This document shows, piece after piece, positions 7,657-16,752 of a DNA stretch of 34,929 nucleotides. Below the pieces are notes generated by a model. That model was not told the origin of the DNA. It made no database searches and saw only the letters and a program-made list of their open reading frames with translations. A program made the position numbers and the translations under genes. This DNA is from a virus (lineage: Duplodnaviria > Caudoviricetes), in IMG/VR virus record IMGVR_UViG_3300029792_000004, positions 1 through 34,929 of that record. One strand, given 5' to 3'. Within the stretch, counting starts at the first letter, position 1. Each line of letters opens with the position of its first letter.

Positions 7657-8396
7657 CACTATTGATAGATGCTGATTGGCTAATCTATTCTTCCTGCTGC
7701 GCTTGCGAAGTAGACTTCCGTGCTGACGATGGTACACACTTGTTGCACAGCACAGAGAAAGACGTAATGGATCTTGTTGACATAAGAGTAGAAGGGTACA
7801 AGAAATTAGCTGACGATGATAGTGGAGTCATCATGTGTTTTACTCAGTACCCTACGTTTCGACATGGAATATACCAGGACTATAAAGCTAACCGCATAGG
7901 TCAACGGCATCCACTAGCACTAAAGGATGTAAGGCAGATAACAAAAGAGACATATCGCTCTGTTGCGTTTGAAGGACTAGAGGGCGATGACGTTATGGCA
8001 TTGCTTGCTACTAATGGTCAGCATGAGAATCCTGTTATTGTTTCTCCTGACAAAGATATGAGAGGTGTACCTTGCACGCTACTGGCAAAGGATGACCTGG
8101 AGTTAATTACAAGAAAGAAAGCAGATAGATTCTGGATGCAACAGATATTGTCAGGAGATCATACAGATAACATCGAAGGACTTGTAGGAGTTGGACCAAA
8201 AACAGCAGAGAAAATGTTAGAGGATGCGACTACAGTAGAAGAGATGTGGGATAAAGTAGTTAAGCACTATGAAAAGAAAAACAAAACCTATGCTGATGCT
8301 GTTATGACGGCACAGCTAACACGCATCTTACGAGATGGAGAGTACAATTACACTACAGGAGAGGTACAACTATGGCAGCCATTGACCCTACAATAG
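7653..8396 (+). CDS. gp6: 5'-3' exonuclease (T7 gp6-like)
   Basis: LLIDAD, YKANR, LEGDD, SPDKD, GDHTDNIEGLVGVGPKTA. Confidence 0.95.
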   Translation: MTLLIDADWLIYSSCCACEVDFRADDGTHLLHSTEKDVMDLVDIRVEGYKKLADDDSGVIMCFTQYPTFRHGIYQDYKANRIGQRHPLALKDVRQITKETYRSVAFEGLEGDDVMALLATNGQHENPVIVSPDKDMRGVPCTLLAKDDLELITRKKADRFWMQQILSGDHTDNIEGLVGVGPKTAEKMLEDATTVEEMWDKVVKHYEKKNKTYADAVMTAQLTRILRDGEYNYTTGEVQLWQPLTLQ

Positions 8397-8572
8397 ACGA
8401 AGGCTATCCAGCTATTGACGAAGCACTAATTATTAAATTAAAAGAGAAGTTTCCAGAGCGATGCCCTAGCATTGATATGACTGATCGTGAGATTTGGGTA
8501 TATTCTGGCATAGTAAAGCTGGTAAATATTCTTGAATCCGTTTATATTGAACAAAACAACTTACAAGATTAA
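8372..8572 (+). CDS. Conserved podovirus hypothetical protein (66 aa)
   Basis: FPERCPS...REIW segment; sits between the exonuclease and the virion genes. Confidence 0.7.
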   Translation: MAAIDPTIDEGYPAIDEALIIKLKEKFPERCPSIDMTDREIWVYSGIVKLVNILESVYIEQNNLQD

Positions 8573-8576
8573 AGCT

Positions 8577-8990
8577 ATGTGCAGAAGAAATAGAAACAAT
8601 AACCAGGAGGCTGAAAGAAGGCATCAAGAGCAGATGGAAATGCAGAGAGAACAAATGCGTATTCAACAAGAACAGTTCGAGAGAAATCTCGAAGCACAAA
8701 GAGAAAGGTTCGAGGCACAACAAGCAGCTGCCCAGGCACAAGCTCCTGTAGCGCCAGAACCTATAGCTGAAGTCGCTGCTAGTGCAGCAGAGGTAGCTCC
8801 TGCTCCATTAGCTGATCCTTCTGCGCAAGGTGCAAACGCAGCAACAGGTGCAAACGCAGCATTATTATCTGTAGGTCAAGTCATGGGTGGTACGCCACTT
8901 AACAAGAGAGGTAGTAACAGAAGAAGATATAGAACTGATTTAATTCCTGGTGCTGGTGGTGCTGGCAGTCTTTCTATACCTAACACATAA
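8577..8990 (+). CDS. Putative virion assembly protein (gp6.7/gp7.3 position)
   Basis: Met-Cys start at 8577, Q/E coiled coil, A/P-rich low complexity, directly before the portal gene. Contains a direct repeat AGGTGCAAACGCAGCA at 8828 and 8846. Confidence 0.6.
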   Translation: MCRRNRNNNQEAERRHQEQMEMQREQMRIQQEQFERNLEAQRERFEAQQAAAQAQAPVAPEPIAEVAASAAEVAPAPLADPSAQGANAATGANAALLSVGQVMGGTPLNKRGSNRRRYRTDLIPGAGGAGSLSIPNT

Positions 8991-10688
8991 ATGAAAATAA
9001 GACTAACTAACAATGTCGATACGCAGTCTGCGTTGTATGGCGCATCAGGTGGCACGGCTGCGCAACGCTATGAGCAGTTGCGTGTAGATAGAAACTCTCC
9101 ACTTATGCGTGCTAGAGATTGTAGTAAGGTCACTATCCCTGGATTAATAGAAGATGAAAACTATGGAGATGCTGGTAGGTTGCCAACTCCATATCAGTCA
9201 TTAGGCGCAAGAGGTGTAGGTCACATGACATCGAAGCTGGCCGTAACCCTTTTTCCTACAAACGAAAACTTTTTTAAATTAGAAATAGATAGCCTAGCGA
9301 TACTTGCAAGTAACCAAGACCCACAAATGATAACTGAGTTTGATTCTGCTTTAGTAAAAGTAGAGCAAGCAGTAATGAGACAGTTTGAAACTTTAGGTGG
9401 GCGTGCTGCAATGCACGAAGCATTAAAGCATTTGATTGTAGGTGGTAACGTACTGCTGTATATAAGTGATGAAGGAATAAAAGTTATACATTTAGATTCC
9501 TATGTACTATGCCGTGACCCTATGGGCAACGTGACAGAGATAGTTGTAGAGGAGGAGATATTTAAAGATGCACTACCAGAAGAGTACCTGGAGGAGGATG
9601 AAGAAGATGACGATGATATGGAAAAAAGAATGGTCAAGATATATACCTGTATTAAATTTATGGATAACGAGTGTCATTGGTTTCAAGAAATTAAAGGCAA
9701 AGAAGTACCAGGTACACATGGTAAATGCGCAGCAGATGTAGCTCCTTGGATCGCATTACGCCAAGATAGAGTGGACTCAGAAATGTACGGAAGGTCATAC
9801 GTTGAGCAGTACTATGGCGACTTGCTTGCATTAGAAAATTTATACAAAGCTATACTTGAAGCAAGCGCAAGCCTAAGTAAAGTTTTATTTTTATGTAATC
9901 CAAATGGCACAACAAGGCCACGCACACTTAGCCAGGCATCGAATGGAAGCATCGTACAAGGCAACGCTGCCGATGTCACAGTCTTACAGGCAGCTGGTAA
10001 ATCACAAGATCTACAAATAGCTAATCAAACAATAGAACGCATAGAGAATAGGTTAGCTTTTGCGTTCATGCTTAACACAGCGATACAAAGACCAGGAGAA
10101 AGAGTAACAGCAGAAGAGATAAGATATATGGCACAGGAATTAGATGCTGGTATCTCTGGTTTATATTCCATACTTAGCCGAGAACTACAGCTACCACTTG
10201 TAAGACGACTAATACATATACTACGCAGAAAGCGTAAGTTACCTGACTTTCCAAGAAGCGAAGTAACAGGAGAACCATTAATAAAAGAGAAGGCGGTTAC
10301 TGGTATAGAGGCTATTGGTCGTGGCGATGATCGAAATAAACTTATAGACTTTATACAAACTGCTAACCAGGCACTTGGTCCACAAGCTATGACTCAGTTT
10401 TTAAATGTCGAGGAAGCATTACGCAGACTTGCAGCTAGTGGTTCTATTGATACAACTAACTTAGTTAAGACTAAGGCTCAGTTGCAACAGGAAGCAGCAG
10501 CCCAGGCTGAAGCCGAGCAACAAGCACAGCAACAGCAACTACTGGAGACAGGGATTAAATCTCCTGCAATGGCGCAAGCCGTTAAGAACTTCCAGGGTGC
10601 AGATCCCGAAAGGGCTGCACAGGCACTATCAGCAATCACTAGCGAAACAGGAGGTATTGATGCCGACCAACTCACAGAAGCTGTCTAA
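8991..10688 (+). CDS. gp8: Portal (head-tail connector) protein
   Basis: PYQSLGARGV, RDPMGNV, YGRSYVE, ERVTAEEIR, TGIEAIGRG. Confidence 0.97.
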   Translation: MKIRLTNNVDTQSALYGASGGTAAQRYEQLRVDRNSPLMRARDCSKVTIPGLIEDENYGDAGRLPTPYQSLGARGVGHMTSKLAVTLFPTNENFFKLEIDSLAILASNQDPQMITEFDSALVKVEQAVMRQFETLGGRAAMHEALKHLIVGGNVLLYISDEGIKVIHLDSYVLCRDPMGNVTEIVVEEEIFKDALPEEYLEEDEEDDDDMEKRMVKIYTCIKFMDNECHWFQEIKGKEVPGTHGKCAADVAPWIALRQDRVDSEMYGRSYVEQYYGDLLALENLYKAILEASASLSKVLFLCNPNGTTRPRTLSQASNGSIVQGNAADVTVLQAAGKSQDLQIANQTIERIENRLAFAFMLNTAIQRPGERVTAEEIRYMAQELDAGISGLYSILSRELQLPLVRRLIHILRRKRKLPDFPRSEVTGEPLIKEKAVTGIEAIGRGDDRNKLIDFIQTANQALGPQAMTQFLNVEEALRRLAASGSIDTTNLVKTKAQLQQEAAAQAEAEQQAQQQQLLETGIKSPAMAQAVKNFQGADPERAAQALSAITSETGGIDADQLTEAV

Positions 10689-10836
10689 AAAACCAGCTAA
10701 AAAACCTGTCTCTGATGCACCTGTAGTTACAGGAGTTAAAGAGATAGTCATACAGGGGGAAGATAACACAGAACCCACAGCCTCTTTCACAGCTGCAAAA
10801 CGTGATCCAAAAACTAACGAAATTATTATCGGTTAA
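10660..10836 (+). CDS. Small hypothetical protein between portal and scaffold (58 aa)
   Basis: ATG 10660 follows a strong AGGAGGT RBS; the stop is 2 nt before the scaffold start. Confidence 0.6.
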   Translation: MPTNSQKLSKKPAKKPVSDAPVVTGVKEIVIQGEDNTEPTASFTAAKRDPKTNEIIIG

Positions 10837-10838
10837 TT

Positions 10839-11636
10839 ATGCCAGAACCAGTAACTATTAGAGAAGAACCTACCACAGCTGTAGATCCTAACGCCACGGA
10901 GGAACAACAGATTACCCAAGAGGATAATGTTGAGATCCAAGGGGAGGAGAAACTACTTGCTGGTAAATACAAGAGTCAGGAAGAGCTAGAGAAAGCGTAC
11001 CTGGAACTACAAAGAAAGCAAAGCCAACCTCCAGAACAAAGAGAAGAGGTAGTAGAGTCTGAGCCACAGTCAGCCAGGGAAATATATGGCGACTACATAG
11101 GTAGTAAGTTTGAAGAATCAAACATCGACTACAACAGTATGAATGAACGCTGGCAAAAAACTGGCAAGCTAGAGGATGCTGACTACGATGCTCTCAACAA
11201 AGCAGGATTTAACAGAGAGATGGTCGAGTCCTATCTTGATGGCGTGCAGTACAGGCAGACAAGTGACAACCAACTATCAGTACAGCAAGCTAACGATCTT
11301 ATGAATGAGTATGGTGGTAAAGAAAATTATGAGAAGATGGTGTATTGGGCTGCGGATAACATGACTAAAGAGGAAGCTGCTGCATTTGACAAAGCAGTAA
11401 AATCTCCTGATATAAGTTTTGTAAGACTTGCAGTTGACGGACTCCAGGCACGTTACTTAGCAGCAACAGATCAAGAGCCAAGACTGATAGGTGGTAGGTC
11501 ATCGAGAGGATCAAGTAATGATGTCTTTGAATCAAATGCACAGCTAGTAGAAGCTATGAATGATCCTCGATATTCAAGAGATTCAGCATATAGAAAGAAA
11601 GTTGCAGATAAATTAGGTCGATCTAACATACTTTAG
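10839..11636 (+). CDS. gp9: Capsid assembly scaffolding protein
   Basis: Acidic protein with LLAGKYKS..ELEKAYLELQ, GGKENYEKMVYWA and a C-terminal AMNDPRYSRDSAYRKKV; lies between portal and capsid. Confidence 0.93.
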   Translation: MPEPVTIREEPTTAVDPNATEEQQITQEDNVEIQGEEKLLAGKYKSQEELEKAYLELQRKQSQPPEQREEVVESEPQSAREIYGDYIGSKFEESNIDYNSMNERWQKTGKLEDADYDALNKAGFNREMVESYLDGVQYRQTSDNQLSVQQANDLMNEYGGKENYEKMVYWAADNMTKEEAAAFDKAVKSPDISFVRLAVDGLQARYLAATDQEPRLIGGRSSRGSSNDVFESNAQLVEAMNDPRYSRDSAYRKKVADKLGRSNIL

Positions 11637-11747
11637 ACGCTATAGTTAGATCAACCTAGACCTTCTAACAGAAGCAAAGCCCTTTGCGAAGGACACCTTA
11701 TGCAGAAGTAATGGTCTGGACAATCATTAATTCTAGGTAACTAACCA
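11614..11747 (+). promoter_or_regulatory. Structured leader of the capsid gene
   Basis: Inverted repeat 11614-11627/11645-11658 (13 of 14 bp). Nested stem CTAGACC...GGTCTGG around a CCTT-TGCG-AAGG hairpin. ACCTAGA (11654-11660) is complementary to TCTAGGT (11732-11738). Confidence 0.5.
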
Positions 11748-12734
11748 ATGGCTAACTTTACGCCTTCACGCCTGGGTCTTGTTAACAATACAGGAACAGG
11801 TGTAAAAGATTTATTTCTTAAAACCTTTGCAGGAGAGGTACTTTCTGCCTTCCGTAAAGCAACTATCTTTGAAGATTTGCATACAGTCAGAACTATAAGC
11901 TCTGGCAAATCGGCACAATTTCCCATCGTAGGACTCTCCAGTACCAGCTATCACAGCCCTGGGACACAACTGACAGGGAACGCTATTAAGCACGCAGAGG
12001 CCGTCATAAATATTGACGACAAACTTGTATCTAATGTTTTCATAGCAGACGTAGACGAGGCTATGAACCACTATGATGTTAGGTCTCAATATTCAGTTCA
12101 GATGGGAAATGCTTTAGCATATACCTTCGATCAGAACGTAGCAGCTATGATCGCACAGGCTGCAAGAACATCGACTAACCCTAATACTGATCTTCCAGGT
12201 GGTACAAGAATAAAGATTCTTAAGTCAGGTACAGCCAACACAGCTGCTGCGGTTGCTGCTGTTACAGGTACAGACTTAGCAACTGCTTTATTCTCAGCTG
12301 CTGAACAGATGGATATTAATAACCTTCCAGAAGAGGATCGTTACTGCGCTATTGACCCAACTAACTACTACAAGTTAGTACAGAATACAACTGTTATTAA
12401 CAGAGACTTTGGTGGTCGTGGTGCATACGCAGAAGGAGAAGTCCTTAAGGTAGCAGGAATCCACATTGTTAAATCTAACCACTTACCTAAAACAAACAGG
12501 TCAGCGGCAACTGGAGAGAACAATACATACCACGCTAACTATACTGACAACATTGGTCTTGTATTTAACAAGCAAGCTGTAGGTACAGTTAAGCTAATGG
12601 ATCTCAAGATGGAGCAGACAGGAGCAGACATCCACGCTCTCTATCAAGGTACATTTATGGTTGGTAGCATGATGCACGGTAGCGGTGTTCTACGCCCAGA
12701 CTGCGCAATCGAACTCTATGCAGCTAACTCATAA
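11748..12734 (+). CDS. gp10: Major capsid protein
   Basis: LFLKTFAGEVLSAF, RTISSGKSAQFP, INIDD, HYDVRSQYS, GIHIVKSNHLP, GSGVLRPDCAIEL. Confidence 0.98.
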   Translation: MANFTPSRLGLVNNTGTGVKDLFLKTFAGEVLSAFRKATIFEDLHTVRTISSGKSAQFPIVGLSSTSYHSPGTQLTGNAIKHAEAVINIDDKLVSNVFIADVDEAMNHYDVRSQYSVQMGNALAYTFDQNVAAMIAQAARTSTNPNTDLPGGTRIKILKSGTANTAAAVAAVTGTDLATALFSAAEQMDINNLPEEDRYCAIDPTNYYKLVQNTTVINRDFGGRGAYAEGEVLKVAGIHIVKSNHLPKTNRSAATGENNTYHANYTDNIGLVFNKQAVGTVKLMDLKMEQTGADIHALYQGTFMVGSMMHGSGVLRPDCAIELYAANS

Positions 12735-12745
12735 GCCGTTAATAT

Positions 12746-12774
12746 AAGGGGGTAACACAACCCCCTTTATTCTT
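12746..12774 (+). terminator. Intrinsic terminator after the capsid gene (T-phi position)
   Basis: AAGGGGGT-AACACA-ACCCCCTT followed by TATTCTT. Confidence 0.8.
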
Positions 12775-12846
12775 ATGCCATACGGAAAAGGAACATACGG
12801 CTCTAAGGTAGGTAGACCTCCTAAGAAAAAGAAAAAGAAAAAGTAA
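12775..12846 (+). CDS. Basic microprotein (23 aa) with GRP motif and poly-Lys tail
   Basis: Hand translation MPYGKGTYGSKVGRPPKKKKKKK; TAATG overlap with the next ORF. Confidence 0.65.
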   Translation: MPYGKGTYGSKVGRPPKKKKKKK

Positions 12847-13100
12847 TGGCTCAAAAGAAAAATGTTCGCCTAAAGATGGGCAAGCATAAGAGCAGATCAG
12901 GTGGCTTGACAGCTGCTGGCAGGAAAAAGTACAACAGAGAAACAGGTTCTAATCTCAAAGCACCGCAACCTGGAGGAGGCAAAAGGAAAAAATCTTTTTG
13001 CGCCAGGATGAAAGGTATGAAAAAGAAAAGAACATCTAGCAAAACAGCTAGAGATCCTAACAGTAGGATCAACAAAGCCCTTCGCAAATGGAAGTGTTAA
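12846..13100 (+). CDS. Basic small protein (84 aa), marine-phage type
   Basis: SGGLTAAGRKKYN, RKKSFCARM and a WKC end; K/R-rich; coupled in the operon. Confidence 0.8.
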   Translation: MAQKKNVRLKMGKHKSRSGGLTAAGRKKYNRETGSNLKAPQPGGGKRKKSFCARMKGMKKKRTSSKTARDPNSRINKALRKWKC

Positions 13101-13102
13101 CT

Positions 13103-13264
13103 ATGGCAAAAAAGAAAGGACTCTACGCAAACATACACGCAAAGCGTAAGAGAATAAAAGCTGGTAGTGGAGAGAAGATGCGCAAGCCTGGAGCTAAAGG
13201 CGCACCTACTGATGCTAACTTTAAGCGTGCAGCAAAGACCGCTAAGAAAAGGAAGAAGAAGTAA
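13103..13264 (+). CDS. Basic small protein (53 aa), marine-phage type
   Basis: Hand translation MAKKKGLYANIHAKRKRIKAGSGEKMRKPGAKGAPTDANFKRAAKTAKKRKKK; TAATG overlap with gp11. Confidence 0.75.
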   Translation: MAKKKGLYANIHAKRKRIKAGSGEKMRKPGAKGAPTDANFKRAAKTAKKRKKK

Positions 13265-13866
13265 TGGCAGCACGAACTGGCTTTCTTGATGCAGTAAACA
13301 GAGTTCTGCAAATGCTTGGAGAAGCACCTGTCAATAGTTTGCAAGGCCAGTTTGGTCTAGCAAAGCAAGCGGAAGTTGCATTGAATGATGTAAGCAGAAC
13401 AATACAGACAGAAGGTTGGTCGTTTAATACAGACCTGGAGAAAAAATTGGAACGGAACTCGTCTAACGAGATAGAGTTATCGAGTAATGTAAGTCGAGTT
13501 GTAGTTGATAATTTGGAATACCCAGACATAGATGTAGTGCAACGAGGAGACAAGTTATACGACAGAAGAAATAATAGATATACATTTGACGAAGATTTAA
13601 TAGTTGATATGACAACCATTCTTGAGTGGGATTTACTCCCCGAACACGCAAGGCAATATATAACTATTAAAGCAGGAAGGCAATTACAGGAAGCGATTAT
13701 TGGTTCTGCTGAATTAACTAAGTTAAACCTGACACAGGAAGTGGAGGCTCGTAGTGCTTTCTTGGAGGAAGAAACAAGCAAGACAGAACACAGTATGTTG
13801 CGTGGGCATCTTAATAGAACTAGCCCTGTCAATACTTACATACCTTCTCGCACACTTGAGCGTTAA
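13264..13866 (+). CDS. gp11: Tail tubular protein A
   Basis: LDAVNRVLQMLGEAPVNSL, IQTEGWSFNT, LPEHARQYITIKA; synteny. Confidence 0.95.
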   Translation: MAARTGFLDAVNRVLQMLGEAPVNSLQGQFGLAKQAEVALNDVSRTIQTEGWSFNTDLEKKLERNSSNEIELSSNVSRVVVDNLEYPDIDVVQRGDKLYDRRNNRYTFDEDLIVDMTTILEWDLLPEHARQYITIKAGRQLQEAIIGSAELTKLNLTQEVEARSAFLEEETSKTEHSMLRGHLNRTSPVNTYIPSRTLER

Positions 13867-13868
13867 CT

Positions 13869-16289
13869 ATGCCACTAATCAGTAGCTCTATTCCTAATCT
13901 TATTAATGGAGTAAGTCAGCAACCAGCAGCGTTACGCCTGGCATCACAGGCAGAAGAAGTAATTAACTGTATGCCTAGCCCTGTTGAAGGGTTAAAGAAG
14001 AGGCCACCTATGCAACACATAAAGAAGCTGTTTGCAGGATCAGCTGGTACTGGTAGGCCATTTACACACATCGTTGATAGAGATGGTGTAATTAGATATT
14101 TAATTTTTATACAGGATAACGCTATAAAAGTATTTGATTTAGATGGAAATGCACAGACAGTATCCACACCTAACGGCACTAGCTATTTAAACATTACAGG
14201 AGAACCTAGCTCTACATTTAGGGTTGCTTCTATCGCTGACTTTACATTCATAGTTAACAGAGAAAAGACAGTTGCTATGGACACTACAAACAAGTCATAT
14301 AACTGGGGTACAAAGTCAATGGTATTTATAAAATCTGCTGACTTCTCTACTACATACAGAGTTAAATTAAACGGTACAGAAAAAAGTGTAACTACTGGTA
14401 ACTCTTCTGGCTCTGCTCCTGATACTGTAACGATTGCAAACGACTTAGCTACGCAGCTTAATACTATATCTGGTTTTACTGTAACCAGCACCGACTACAT
14501 AATTAGGATTACTAAAGATGATGGTGGCGATTACACGCTAGAAAGTAGCGACACAAAAACAGCAGATGCAACGTCAGCGATAAAAGGAACAGTAGATAGC
14601 ATTACTGATTTGCCTACCATTGCAGAGCATAACTTTACAGTAAGGATACAAGGTTCTGCTACTACTGCTTTTGATGATTACTTTGTTAAGTTTGAAGCTA
14701 CAGCTGGTAGTGGTTTTGGTCCAGGTGTATGGAGAGAAACTGTTGCACCAAACATTGACCACTTACTAGATAAGTCAACAATGCCACATACCTTAGTGAG
14801 AAATGCTAATGGTACTTTTACTTTTGCGCAGTTTAACTATACAGGCCGTGTAGCTGGAGACACTACAACTGCACCGAACCCTACTTTTGTAGGTAGTAAA
14901 ATAAAAAACATTAACTTGTTTAGAAACAGACTTGTATTTCTAGCAGATGAAAATGTTATCTTATCTGCTGCTGATTCGTTTGAAAGGTTTTTTCCAGAGA
15001 CAGTACAAACCTTATTAGATTCTGACCCTATAGATATTAGTTCTGGTGGTACATCAGTTAACTTTTTAAACAGCAGCTTGGCTTTTGCGAATACATTATT
15101 ACTGTTTAGTTTGCATGGACAGTTTAGATTGGATACTGGTTCAACAACTGTAGGCACATCGCTCACGCCAAAGACAGCAACCATAACTGCAATAACTACA
15201 TTCGATATTGTCGATGCCATTGACCCTATAGGTGTTGGTCGAACTGTTTACTTTGGCATACCGAAAGGAGACTTTAGTGGATTGAGAGAATACTTCTTGC
15301 CTGACGCTAGTGGACCAATACCTTTATCAGAAGAAGTAACATCTTCAGTACCTAGATTTGTACCAGGCAATTTAATTAGCATGTCTCCTTCTGTATCAGA
15401 AGAAGTAATAACAATGATTAGTAAAGACCAGCCACGCAGGGTATATATTTACAAGTTTTTCTTTGATGATGACCAGAAGCTACAGTCATCCTGGTCGTAT
15501 TGGGAGGTTGCTGCAAACAAAACATTATTAGGTGGCAATGTTTTAGATAGCGACTTATATACTTGTGTTGAATATTCAGATGGAGTGTACCTAGAAAAGA
15601 CACAGCTAAGACCTGAGACTGTAGATAGTGGTACAGAGTTTGAGATATTGCTAGATAGAAAAACTACAGAGGCTGCTTGCTCTACATCTCTTATAAACTC
15701 AGGCGCATTAGGAGTACAGACTGTAATTACATTGCCGTATCCTATGTCGGGTACAGGAACAATGGCAGTAGTAGGTAGGTTTGCTTCTAACAATACTATT
15801 GCGCATGGACAGGTTATAAAAGCTACAGCTGAAACTCTTACAGGTGGAGCTAGTGGTAATGGAACTATGACTGTTCCTGGAGATTTAAGTAGTGCAAAGT
15901 TTTTTGTAGGAGAAATATATAATATGACTTATGAATTTTCTACACCATATTTAAAAGAAACACCTCCTGGAGGAGGTTTAGCTGTATTAGCAAACCCAAG
16001 GTTACAATTACGAACTTGGAGTATTGTGTTTGATGAAACATCTAACTTTTCTATGAAGATTACACCAGGGCAAAGAGATGAATTAACTTATCCTTTTAAC
16101 GGATATAAGATAGGTAGTGGTCAATTCCCAATAGGTACGCCTTCACTAGCTACAGGTAAGTTTAGAGTTCCTGTCATGGCACAAAATATAGAAACAAAAA
16201 TTGTACTCTTTAGTGATTCTCCGTTACCCTGTAGGGTACAGTCAGCAGAATGGGAAGGATGGTATCAAGAACGAGCGAGAAGGCTATAA
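13869..16289 (+). CDS. gp12: Tail tubular protein B
   Basis: IPNLINGVSQQP, GLKKRPP, WRETVAP, TMPHTL, FRNRLVFL, DSDPIDI, QSSWSYW, EWEGWY. Confidence 0.96.
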   Translation: MPLISSSIPNLINGVSQQPAALRLASQAEEVINCMPSPVEGLKKRPPMQHIKKLFAGSAGTGRPFTHIVDRDGVIRYLIFIQDNAIKVFDLDGNAQTVSTPNGTSYLNITGEPSSTFRVASIADFTFIVNREKTVAMDTTNKSYNWGTKSMVFIKSADFSTTYRVKLNGTEKSVTTGNSSGSAPDTVTIANDLATQLNTISGFTVTSTDYIIRITKDDGGDYTLESSDTKTADATSAIKGTVDSITDLPTIAEHNFTVRIQGSATTAFDDYFVKFEATAGSGFGPGVWRETVAPNIDHLLDKSTMPHTLVRNANGTFTFAQFNYTGRVAGDTTTAPNPTFVGSKIKNINLFRNRLVFLADENVILSAADSFERFFPETVQTLLDSDPIDISSGGTSVNFLNSSLAFANTLLLFSLHGQFRLDTGSTTVGTSLTPKTATITAITTFDIVDAIDPIGVGRTVYFGIPKGDFSGLREYFLPDASGPIPLSEEVTSSVPRFVPGNLISMSPSVSEEVITMISKDQPRRVYIYKFFFDDDQKLQSSWSYWEVAANKTLLGGNVLDSDLYTCVEYSDGVYLEKTQLRPETVDSGTEFEILLDRKTTEAACSTSLINSGALGVQTVITLPYPMSGTGTMAVVGRFASNNTIAHGQVIKATAETLTGGASGNGTMTVPGDLSSAKFFVGEIYNMTYEFSTPYLKETPPGGGLAVLANPRLQLRTWSIVFDETSNFSMKITPGQRDELTYPFNGYKIGSGQFPIGTPSLATGKFRVPVMAQNIETKIVLFSDSPLPCRVQSAEWEGWYQERARRL

Positions 16290-16750
16290 AACTATTTAGT
16301 CGGCCAGCGACTATACATGATGTAGCTTACATTGCTGCACGCATGAGAAAAGAAGATCGAGAAGAGTGTTTTGCTAATGCAGGAAGTAGCCCAATACAAT
16401 CATTATTTGAAGGATATTTTACAAGCAAGCCTTGTATGACTACGATTAGTAGGCATGGTTATCCCATAGCAATGTGGGGATTAAGTAAAACATCTGATAC
16501 TTCTGCCTCTATATGGTTGCTTGGTTGCGAAAATATGCTTAAAGATACTAGAGACAAATACGAGTTTTTAAGGCAATCTAGGATAGAATTAAAAAAATTA
16601 CAAAAACTTTACCCTGTTTTGTACAACTATATTGATGCACGAAACACAGTTCATCTAAGATGGTTGTTATATATGGGGTTTACTATCATCAAAAAACACG
16701 AAGTTTTTGGCTATGAAGGTCTACCATTCTATGAATTTGTGAAGATTTAA
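16250..16750 (+). CDS. gp13: Internal virion protein A (gp13-like, acetyltransferase-like fold)
   Basis: MRKEDREEC, IWLLG, LYNYIDARNTVHLRWLLYMGF; position after gp12. Confidence 0.8.
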   Translation: MGRMVSRTSEKAIKLFSRPATIHDVAYIAARMRKEDREECFANAGSSPIQSLFEGYFTSKPCMTTISRHGYPIAMWGLSKTSDTSASIWLLGCENMLKDTRDKYEFLRQSRIELKKLQKLYPVLYNYIDARNTVHLRWLLYMGFTIIKKHEVFGYEGLPFYEFVKI

Positions 16751-16752
16751 TT

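Noticed and set aside
8828-8861. 16-nt direct repeat with 18-nt period in the pre-portal gene
   Set aside because: It is an in-frame duplication (GANAA twice) in a low-complexity region, with no sign of a separate function.
9575-9625. Acidic run EEYLEEDEEDDDDME in the portal
   Set aside because: Probably a variable surface loop; not enough evidence for a distinct function.
12700-12775. T7 10B-type frameshift extension of the capsid
   Set aside because: No slippery sequence is visible before the stop, and a terminator follows immediately.
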